64,000 nt of DNA from Giardia intestinalis (taxonomy: Eukaryota), in NCBI GenBank assembly GCA_000002435.2, contig CM018789.1, one strand, 5' to 3'. Position numbers and translations under genes: made by a program. Below are positions 56,146-64,000 of the stretch, piece after piece (position 1 is the stretch's first letter; each line of letters starts with the position of its first letter). The notes below the pieces were generated by a model that was given only the letters and a program-made list of their open reading frames with translations, ran no database searches and was not told the DNA's origin.

Positions 56146-57303
56146 CTAGGCTCCTTCCAGCTCAGGAAGATCAGAGGGGATACTACCTTCAATATCACTG
56201 TCGGACACATCCTGAGTGTGGACAATAGGTTCGAGTTTTCGTGCATCCTTGTCTGGAGCAATGACCACGGGGGTCTGGCTAGTAAGCTCCTTGGAGGATG
56301 AAACCCAGATACCTTCCTGGAGTGCGCTGGGGTTTACGACACGTACATAGATCTTTAAGGCTCCAGTAGACGTAATACGACGGCACACAACGCTGTCTGC
56401 AAAGATCTCATAAGGCCAGGCTATCTGCATTTGCTTTTTACTCTCCTTACTGACGAGTAGGATAGAGAAGGGATCTACGTCGATTTCGAGTAAATCTGTC
56501 TGCATGTGGATAGGAACCATTATTTTGCAGCAGATTTCTCTCCTACTAGCATCTTCTTCGAATTGGAATGCGAAGCCTAGCTCGTTATACTGCCTGATTG
56601 AACCGGTATTGGGATCTACTGTGCGTGGAGGGCGGCGTCTTTCCTCCGGCAGGATATTTTTATTCTTATACTCAGCCGAAGCCGTCTCTTCTGCAGCACG
56701 TTTAACCTTTATGTTAGCATCTCTATCTTCATAGTCACTGTTATCACTGTCTTCGTCCCAGCGAGGTATATCACACTCCCGAAAGGATGTTGCAGTTATC
56801 TCCGCTAAATGTTCATTGTAGATACTGTTAGCCAGGATGCGGTCTGTGCGGGTTATCTCATGACCATCAAGCTTCTCTAGATGTGGAAGTACAGTAATCA
56901 AATACTCACGCCAATACGGATAAGTAGTGAGAGGATTCCCCACCACGTAGAGTTCTGTAAGCCGTGAGAGATGGCCCAGCATTGCAAAATCTAAGTAATT
57001 ATGGATATAGTTTGCTGTTAGATCCAGTTTCTCTAAGGATTCCAGGGAAGCAAGATTTTCTAATTTAGTGACTCTATTTATTGCTAGATTGAGATACTTT
57101 AGCTTCTTTAGCGTGCTTAAGTTCTCTATGCGCCGGATTTTGTTGTTCTGCAGAAGGAGAATCTGCAAATTTCTACAAACATCCCCAATGAGTTCAATCT
57201 TTCTGATCATGTACTGATGCAGCGCTATCTCTTCCAGGGTATCCAAGATACTATTGTTGTGCTCTGAGCGCTTCCTGAGAAGATCCAGGGTTATCTTGAC
57301 CAT
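56146..57303 (-). CDS. LRRC6: LRRC6/tilB/Seahorse-type leucine-rich-repeat protein with CS domain (axonemal dynein assembly factor)
   Basis: MVKITLDLLRKRSEHNNSILDTLEEIALHQYMIRKIELIGDVCRNLQILLLQNNKIRRIENLSTLKKLKYLNLAINRVTKLENL...LDLTANYI...LYVVGNPLTTYPYWREYLITVLPHLEKLDGHEI tracks the LRRC6 N-terminal LRR/LRRCT region closely. The C-terminal part has a p23/CS-like segment (EICCKIMVPIHMQTDLLEIDVDPFSILLVSK...ALKIYV). Confidence 0.75.
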   Translation of the reverse strand: MVKITLDLLRKRSEHNNSILDTLEEIALHQYMIRKIELIGDVCRNLQILLLQNNKIRRIENLSTLKKLKYLNLAINRVTKLENLASLESLEKLDLTANYIHNYLDFAMLGHLSRLTELYVVGNPLTTYPYWREYLITVLPHLEKLDGHEITRTDRILANSIYNEHLAEITATSFRECDIPRWDEDSDNSDYEDRDANIKVKRAAEETASAEYKNKNILPEERRRPPRTVDPNTGSIRQYNELGFAFQFEEDASRREICCKIMVPIHMQTDLLEIDVDPFSILLVSKESKKQMQIAWPYEIFADSVVCRRITSTGALKIYVRVVNPSALQEGIWVSSSKELTSQTPVVIAPDKDARKLEPIVHTQDVSDSDIEGSIPSDLPELEGA

Positions 57304-57581
57304 GCCTTTTTAGATTTCAGAAGAATCAAAGAGATTTACTCTTCCTATGAAAGCATCAATTTCTCTTGTAGTATTGCACTATCCGTGCATACTATATGTT
57401 GTGCATAGGTCTTCACACTCCTTTACTGCATGAGTCATAGCGAAGATCAATCCATGAGCAAGCGAACGGCCAGTATAACCTGGATGTCAACTATTAAGGA
57501 AGCGCTCTGAATGAATAATTGCCCTTCATGTGAGCCATTGCCGCTCTGAGTAGGCCTCCCGCTCACCGCCCGGGATCCAAA

Positions 57582-59050
57582 TCCAGAGTCCGAAGCTCGG
57601 ATGCCCTCGATCCCGGCGGAAGAACATCTATGCCTCGTCTCTCCTAGAAGCTGCCGCTCCTCGCGGTGCCCCCTAGGACTTTCCTTCCTCTGGCCCGTCG
57701 GGGTCAACTACCGTCTGGCACTGGTGGGCACCTACTATCTCAGGGCCTTGCGTCAGTCGCGGCGATCTAGTCTCAAGAGCAATTGACTCTGGCAATGTAC
57801 TCCAGGATTGCTTCGTGGTGCTGATGCTCTACGACGAAGATCCCACGCCACGACCCCGGGTGTCTACCCCGTTCCTCGGGGTGCTTCTTCGTCTCCTCAT
57901 GGATTGCACCATCAGTCCCGAGTATGACCGGAGGGTGCGCTCCTCGTGCGCCTCTGTCTTGGAGTCATAGTACGCGTTCGTGGATGCCGGCGGAGTACTC
58001 CCATGCGTTGGCGTTGGAGGAGAGGTCTGGCTTCTGGTTTGCCCTCCTATTCATGAATCACAGTGCACTCTTGCAGCTGGTCCGTCACCCAGCACGAGAT
58101 CACATCGACGCTCACCCTGTGCAGCGTGTCTGGCTTAGCTGACCTGTGGGCTGGTCCATCTGCACAGCACACTTGGGGTGATGCTTCGGTCTGTCGAGGC
58201 GTCGTCCAAAGCACCAGGAGCGATCAGGACCGGTTCACCGTCAGGCCGTCTCTCTCTACAACCGGCACCCGTCTACTCGATGGTGTCAAGGGATTACCAA
58301 CTGCTGCGGCAGACGCCAGACAGGTGTTCCAGGCCGCCACTCTTCGGTGCAGGCAGGATCAGTCCGCCTCCGTCAGCCAAGCACCCCAGGGGCTCCATCT
58401 CTTGCCGAGGGATTCACATAGGCCACGTGCGGGTCCATCTCGACCAGCGTGGCGAGTGATTAGTGCCATCACTGGCTTCGGCCCTCCGTTGCCCTGGGAG
58501 CTCCTTCGACCGGCCAGGAAGGAGGCCTCCTGCCCCTCTGTGTTCCTATACTTGTCAGTGTTGACCGTCGAGCCATGTTGCTTCACCAGGCCTGCCGCCT
58601 CTGTGACTACCCCCGCCACGTCATTGTTGCTACTATGGAAGATGAGTGTGTCGTCGGCATGGGCACTGAGCGGGGTCTCTCCTCAGCTCCTGGCGAGCAG
58701 GTTCTGTCCCGCGCAGCACAGAAGCATGCGCAGGGCCCCGAGGGACCGAGTCCAGGGGTGCAGCGTGGCGCAATTGGAGGAAGGCCTCGACGCAGCTCCT
58801 CAGGACGGGAGCACACTCGCCCGGCAGAGGCCGTCTGCTGTTGGGGTTCGTTATGTCGAGCAAGACCGCTGTGCCCATCAGCCTGTGTCTCCCTGTGCCA
58901 TGCGAACGCCACCATGTGCAGTCGGTGGAACGCAGTCTGCTCGGTCTCGAGGAAGACCAATGTCTGGGTCTCCAGGAGGCTCGGGACTGCCTTGTGGAGC
59001 GCATCATGATCGTCCACCGATTGCACTTGCCCTGTCTCGTCCTTGGGAAG
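57582..59050 (-). mobile_element. non-LTR retrotransposon copy C, inverted and 5'-truncated (about 1.47 kb, corresponds to copy A 11,850-13,314)
   Basis: It is the reverse complement of the 3' portion of copies A and B. It contains stretches of more than 200 bp identical to copy A (for example 57,924-58,142 equals the reverse complement of 12,755-12,973) interspersed with clustered mismatches and small indels. It shares the same 3' terminus (tccagagtccg) as the other copies. Homology fades at about 59,050. Confidence 0.7.
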
Positions 59051-59403
59051 AGGGAAGAACAAGAGTTCTTCTTCTCCCGGCGGAGTCGCTTGGCACTTGA
59101 ATTCGAACTCTGAATCTGGATCTTGGTTGATGCAGGGGCGAGAGGTTGCCAGCCTAAGACGGCGATGGCTCGCATGGGAGACCTGTTCAGACAGCAGTTG
59201 ACAAACCAACTTCGGTGAAATAGAGTAAGTGGTGCATCTGTTCACTTACTTCTAGTTCAGCACCTATTAGGAATCGTACTAAAAAGCGTGAGAAGTAGTG
59301 CAGAAGTTTTAGTACATAAGAGTAGATATCACAAGACCAAAAAGTGTTAACTTGTAGCAGTTTTCCTACAGTAGCTGTATAGTTATCAGTACAAAACAAG
59401 CAT

Positions 59404-60165
59404 ATGCTTTACATCATTTTGGCCACCTATCATGAAGAAAGTAACATTGGGGCAGTTGTTTTTCACTTGGTTCGTATACTTGAAGAGCCCTTCTTCCTTA
59501 TTATTGATGATTCCGAAGATAACAGTACTCGTGTGGCTGTTCTTCAGGCTTTCACAGCGCTACGGTTCAGTAACTATAAGTACATTCACCGCGGCCAGAA
59601 GCGTGGCTTGGGGACAGCCTATCGTTGCGCTATGAAAGAACTTACTGCCCTAGCAAGCAATAATGTCAACGAGGCGGATGACATGGTAGCCATTTTAGAT
59701 TCCGATCTTTCTCATGATCCTTGTGATATTGCGAAGCTTGCTACATGTATGCGTGAAACTGGAGCCGATATTGTTGCCGGTTCGAGATATCGGACCGGTG
59801 GATCAGTCTCGGGTTGGCCTCGTCGACGAATAGCAATTAGCTCTACGGCGAATTTCCTAGCACAGACTGTTCTAGGAATCCGGGTGACTGACTGCACCAG
59901 CAGCATGAGAGTCTATAAGCTTTCTACGATTATGTCCATCATTGACCAAACAAGATCTACGGGATTCTCAATTCAGCTAGAACTCATTTCGTTAGCGAGT
60001 ATGTATGGCTATAAACTGCTTGAAGTCCCGATATGCTTCTCCGAGCGCGTCAATGGAAGTAGCTCGTTATCATGTAAGGAAATTTACAAATTTCTGATGC
60101 TCATTGCCCATCTGTGGTGGAAGCAGCGTACCAGCGAGGCACGCAGAACGCTTTGTGGTCAGTAG
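59404..60165 (+). CDS. DPM1: dolichol-phosphate mannosyltransferase catalytic subunit (GT2)
   Basis: LYIILATYHEESNIG, IIDDSEDNST, RGLGTAYRCAM, ILDSDLSHDP, ADIVAGSRYRTGGSVSGWPRRRIAISSTANFLAQ, TDCTSSMRVYK, TGFSIQLELI, EVPICFSERVNGSSSL and EIYKFL follow the DPM1 motif order (YNERENL, IIDDGSPDGT, LGLGTAY, MDADLSHHP, GTRY..GGV.GW, GSFRLY, KGYVFQME, EVPISFVDR.YGESKL). Confidence 0.85.
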   Translation: MLYIILATYHEESNIGAVVFHLVRILEEPFFLIIDDSEDNSTRVAVLQAFTALRFSNYKYIHRGQKRGLGTAYRCAMKELTALASNNVNEADDMVAILDSDLSHDPCDIAKLATCMRETGADIVAGSRYRTGGSVSGWPRRRIAISSTANFLAQTVLGIRVTDCTSSMRVYKLSTIMSIIDQTRSTGFSIQLELISLASMYGYKLLEVPICFSERVNGSSSLSCKEIYKFLMLIAHLWWKQRTSEARRTLCGQ

Positions 60166-63100
60166 TCATCGTCTTGGAAATCCATGTCCGACTCCTCTAA
60201 CACCTCGCCTAGGTACTCGACTACCGAGGTCACTAAGTCAAACATAGCGCGATTCTTGCGAGTGGAAAAGACATTATGCTCGATCATGCTCCCTAGTAAA
60301 TGGCTTGCAATTTCCGCTGCTGTTCTATTCTCCCACGGAAGCGACATCATTGCATCTAGGGTTTTCTTCATGCCATCATCAAGAGGCTTCATTCCATGCT
60401 TGCCAGAAAACGCCTTGTTATCTGCTAATGCTACGAGAGATGCGCACGATACTTCTTTCAGATTATAGCACAGACGCAGCATCTCCAGGGACGCGTCTTT
60501 TGGAATAACATAGTCCCTAATGTCCTTCATACGCTCAACAAAGTGCTTCAATTCGCCGTGCTCATACGTCTCAAACCGCACTAGATAGTTGCAGATTATT
60601 TGAACAGCATTGGCGAGGATGTGAGATTCTTCTGGATTGGTAAAATAGTTCTTAAGCGTCAGCGCATAATGAAGAAGGTTTCCGATTTGCTTCTCGCTAT
60701 AGTATGGGCTTTTTGGAAATGCTCCAGTATCGTGGACTATAATTGCGATCACACCCATTAGATATGCAATCCTATATCCAGACGTAGCCTTAAGGTCATT
60801 GGCTGTATACTCTACTGAACTTATGGTCGTGCTATAAATGGCGTCCATAACTTCACAACCATCACGGTATGCGTCAGTGACGAGCTCAAGAAGGGCGATG
60901 TAGAAGCGATCAGACACAACCCCTACTGGTGCATAATTACGTTCGAGAGGGTCGGCGGGCCTTGATATTGCCAAAGACGTGTCAGCTGTTGGTCCAGAGG
61001 ACTCTTCTGGCGGAAGGTTCTCTATGGAAGCGAGAGCCGAAATAATTCTAAATATATTCTGTGCCTTTTTCATGATGGCTTGTGACTTCTTCTTCTTTGA
61101 ATCAGTAACATCTGAGGTGATCTCCATGGCGATGACAGCGTAGCTCGTTATGACGCACTCCTGTGCTTTCTCCTTCAGAGGAGCCAGTTGTGCGGCAAAG
61201 AAGGGCGCTATTTTCTTACAAATGATGCTTGCCTGCGACAGATCAAGTACATCCTTCCGCTCAGGATATCTATCCAAGTCATGGTTACCCGACAGGCGTA
61301 GATTGACGGCAGCAAGGTAAAGCAAATCATCTGTCGCTTGTTCAATATTAACGGATGCAATGATTGTTAGCAAGTACGCGACCACGACCGCCAAAGGAAG
61401 CGAGACAAAGGTCTCCTTTGGACTATGGATGTAGAGGTCATAGGTTGTAGTCTTGAGCTGATCTGCATTCAGTTTTAGTATACTCCAAAGAATAGTCGAA
61501 TAATCGTAAATCTCTCCTAGTTTGTCGACGATGCAAACCATCCACCCAACGATTACAGCAAGGCGGCGCTCCCCACTGGTATAGCCTCTCTCGAGACTCT
61601 TGGAAAGCGCTGAGGCCATGTCCCACTCATGAGACACACCTAAAGCTTCCAGTAAAGAAGAGTATCGAGCGAACATCATTTGCACAAGACGAAGAAGTAA
61701 GGGCACGAGGACATTCATCACAAGGTAATCGCTGACTCCATCAGTGTGGTGAATTGAAACATAGAGTATTTCTAAAAGGGCGGACAAGTGGGTAATATCG
61801 GTTCGGCGGAAATAGTAATTAATCTCCTGCAACGAGAGGTTTTTGAATCGCTCCATTAGGGCACCTTTATCGCTTGATTTATTGCTACTGCTGGAGTCAC
61901 TATCCTCATCGCTACTATCGTCGGAACTAGCATGCTTCTCGTCACCACCTTTCTGATTATCTACAGCACCCACTTTTTCAAGCTGTGCAACTAGGTTGAC
62001 CTCCGGAATATTCAGCTCTCCAAGATTCTCCTTTTGAAAGAGAGGAAGGAGCATTTCCTCTGTGTCTTTATCCACGAGACTCTGCAAAAACCTCTCCAGA
62101 TGGCGTGATATGGAATTGGAATCATGATAATTCTTGCGAAAAGAAACCAGGGCATCTACTATGTTGCACCTATCAGGCAACAAAAGATCTATCTGATTGT
62201 CAGCAATTTCAACAGGACCGAACGCTGACAAAAGAGCATATGATAGCTTACAATGGGGTGCAGAAACAGCCTCGAAGCCTTTGAGCTCATCACGGATACG
62301 TGTGGTATATTCTGCAGATAGATTGCGAGAAACCTGCAACTTTCTCAACAGGTAGGTGAGATATATTTTTTTTTCCTCGTCTGTACCGTTCTTCAAATTG
62401 TGGTAGACGTCACTGAATACTTCACAATCTTCTACATCATTTATAAATGCTGACAAGGCTAAGGAGAACAAGCTCTTAGGTGTTGTAATCGAGAAAGACT
62501 CCGTGGCCTTAATATTAACGAGGTAAGTCTTAAGAGTCTCAGACAAAACAGAAGGTTCCAGAATCTCTGCCGTTGCGAGGTAAAGATTCCAAAGAAGTGG
62601 AAGGACGGCGGTAGAGCTTCCAGTGTAGAACAGACAAGAGGGGCTCTTTTTCATTGAAGTGCAGACAAATGCAAATCTATGCGCCACAGACGTTGTAATC
62701 GACCCTATCAGTGCCTCATCTGCATCCTCTACGGACAAGAATTTGCTTAGGAATTCTCTCTGTGCCGGCGAGAAACTGTACAGTAGGAGGGTCTTCCCGA
62801 TGGCGTCAGATATGCCAGTCTCTATGTCATTTGCTGAAGCTGTAGATAGCAATATCATGATACGCTGGATGCAAAAGGTCAAGCAGCAGGACGACACCTT
62901 GTTAAACGTGTAGGCTCCCAGGTCAGATGAATGCTTAGAATCTTCTGCAAACTGATAACAAGCAGCTAGTGTTTTAAAGAACGAAGTGCAAAGATCATTG
63001 AAGTGCTCCAGTGAGTTATTTTTGTTGTCTATCAATTCTCTGTGCAAATCCTCGGTTCTGATGTTTGTTAAACTAAAGATCTCAAAGAAAGACACAAGCG

Positions 63101-63998
63101 TCTCTAGTGTCTGCATCATAGACTCATGCTTGATGGGTAGGCACCCGCTTTTGGCCCCATTAGCCTCTTCCTTAGCAGCGGCCTGCTGAACAGCGGCCCC
63201 GGCGCCAGCCCAAAATGAAAGGATAACCTCTGTGCTGGCATTGCTGCCATCCGTGAGATTCTCCATCAAAAAAGAGAAGGCTCTACACGAAACATCATCA
63301 TCGTTTTCATCGTCGGACTCCTCATTGTCCTGAACAAATATATCTATGTTCCCTGTAAACAGGGCATACCCCAAGACAGAAGCAACCAAGGTGAGCATTT
63401 CTGTGCTCCTAAAGAAGTCTGCGCTTGCATATTGGAAGAGTTCTGATATAAACCTCAGCTTCTCGATGCTCATGGGGCTATCTGGAGCTAGTCTGGCACA
63501 ATCAAGTAGGTCGCGAGACCGTGCGTTCCCTAGTATCAGGCCCGGAAACATCCTGGTCTCTGGTATGTAAACGTGACCCATCGGTGCCGCAGGCATGCCA
63601 CTTTCTGCATAGCAGACAGAAAAGTAGTACGGAATAGTGCTCTTCACCTTTTCAGGATAACGAGGGACGTCAGAAGAGGTGGGATCATTCCAAACTTTCT
63701 GAAATGCCTCAGAGAAAACGTTAACAATCAGCTCAAACTCCGGATCCATGAGAAAAGGGGTGATCTCAAAGTACCCACAAAGAGTGGAAAGGAGTGAGAC
63801 AACGTCATAGGGGGAGGTCTCCGAAGGCATATTTTTAACGGCAAGAGACATCTTCTCCCCAATCGCTTGAATAGCTGTTTTAGTCTTCTTCTCCTTGTCA
63901 CTAGGTCTATCGGAATTATTGTTCTGAGACTCTGACTGTAGATACTGGAGAACTGCCTCGTGGGTTAAGTACGCATCCCGTGCATCTCTATAGTGCAA
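60159..63998 (-). CDS. large hypothetical protein, C-terminal 1279+ aa (N-terminus lies beyond the right edge of the window)
   Basis: The ORF is open to the window edge, and the track start is a TTG at the edge. The helical-repeat-like composition includes an acidic/Ser insert (SSDDSSDEDSDSSSSNKSSD) and the protein ends ...MDFQDDDY. No family recognised. Confidence 0.65.
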   Translation of the reverse strand: MHYRDARDAYLTHEAVLQYLQSESQNNNSDRPSDKEKKTKTAIQAIGEKMSLAVKNMPSETSPYDVVSLLSTLCGYFEITPFLMDPEFELIVNVFSEAFQKVWNDPTSSDVPRYPEKVKSTIPYYFSVCYAESGMPAAPMGHVYIPETRMFPGLILGNARSRDLLDCARLAPDSPMSIEKLRFISELFQYASADFFRSTEMLTLVASVLGYALFTGNIDIFVQDNEESDDENDDDVSCRAFSFLMENLTDGSNASTEVILSFWAGAGAAVQQAAAKEEANGAKSGCLPIKHESMMQTLETLVSFFEIFSLTNIRTEDLHRELIDNKNNSLEHFNDLCTSFFKTLAACYQFAEDSKHSSDLGAYTFNKVSSCCLTFCIQRIMILLSTASANDIETGISDAIGKTLLLYSFSPAQREFLSKFLSVEDADEALIGSITTSVAHRFAFVCTSMKKSPSCLFYTGSSTAVLPLLWNLYLATAEILEPSVLSETLKTYLVNIKATESFSITTPKSLFSLALSAFINDVEDCEVFSDVYHNLKNGTDEEKKIYLTYLLRKLQVSRNLSAEYTTRIRDELKGFEAVSAPHCKLSYALLSAFGPVEIADNQIDLLLPDRCNIVDALVSFRKNYHDSNSISRHLERFLQSLVDKDTEEMLLPLFQKENLGELNIPEVNLVAQLEKVGAVDNQKGGDEKHASSDDSSDEDSDSSSSNKSSDKGALMERFKNLSLQEINYYFRRTDITHLSALLEILYVSIHHTDGVSDYLVMNVLVPLLLRLVQMMFARYSSLLEALGVSHEWDMASALSKSLERGYTSGERRLAVIVGWMVCIVDKLGEIYDYSTILWSILKLNADQLKTTTYDLYIHSPKETFVSLPLAVVVAYLLTIIASVNIEQATDDLLYLAAVNLRLSGNHDLDRYPERKDVLDLSQASIICKKIAPFFAAQLAPLKEKAQECVITSYAVIAMEITSDVTDSKKKKSQAIMKKAQNIFRIISALASIENLPPEESSGPTADTSLAISRPADPLERNYAPVGVVSDRFYIALLELVTDAYRDGCEVMDAIYSTTISSVEYTANDLKATSGYRIAYLMGVIAIIVHDTGAFPKSPYYSEKQIGNLLHYALTLKNYFTNPEESHILANAVQIICNYLVRFETYEHGELKHFVERMKDIRDYVIPKDASLEMLRLCYNLKEVSCASLVALADNKAFSGKHGMKPLDDGMKKTLDAMMSLPWENRTAAEIASHLLGSMIEHNVFSTRKNRAMFDLVTSVVEYLGEVLEESDMDFQDDDY

Positions 63999-64000
63999 AA

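Noticed and set aside
1-64000. I looked for prokaryote-style systems (CRISPR arrays, operonic defence cassettes) and for tRNA or rRNA genes.
   Set aside because: The gene content is eukaryotic throughout. I saw no short direct-repeat/spacer arrays and no tRNA-like T-arm or anticodon-arm pattern in the intergenic regions I inspected by eye. This scan was not exhaustive.

Overview
This window reads as a chromosome-internal segment of a compact, intron-poor eukaryote. From gene content I infer Giardia intestinalis (lamblia), but no search was run. The supporting features are:
- a CXXC/GGCY-rich high-cysteine membrane protein
- a NEK kinase fused to 31-residue ankyrin repeats
- a ferredoxin-nitroreductase fusion
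- a 900-aa Argonaute
- A/T-rich initiators that abut ATGs
- AGTAAAT motifs just after stop codons
- convergent genes that share stop-codon bases

I call about 27 protein-coding genes. They include a prenyltransferase alpha subunit, a ZC3H15/DFRP1-like zinc-finger protein, ribosomal P2, a CK1-like kinase, a ZNFX1/Hrr1-type SF1 helicase, VPS13, an S9 peptidase, Argonaute, a CFAP58-like coiled-coil protein, LRRC6/tilB, DPM1 and several large hypothetical proteins. I also call one OGT-like gene fragment with an in-frame stop.

The main non-genic content is three copies of a GC-rich, frameshift-riddled non-LTR retrotransposon. It carries RT followed by CCHC/REL-endonuclease remnants and is probably the 'dead' GilD family.
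- Two plus-strand copies (10.8-13.3 kb and 18.9-22.1 kb) share a 2.47-kb block in which I can see only two substitutions.
- A third copy (57.6-59.05 kb, minus strand) is 5'-truncated and mosaic.

The two near-identical copies bracket the most unusual region of the window. It holds a NEK-ankyrin pseudokinase and a 3.3-kb AT-rich, gene-poor island. The island contains a perfect 96-bp inverted-repeat pair around a 920-bp spacer. It also contains a small Schlafen/AlbA_2-like ORF that keeps the E-x4-E...D carboxylate pattern of Schlafen RNases.

All family calls rest on motif recognition by eye. No alignments, HMM searches or database lookups were run. I found no tRNA, rRNA or CRISPR features.
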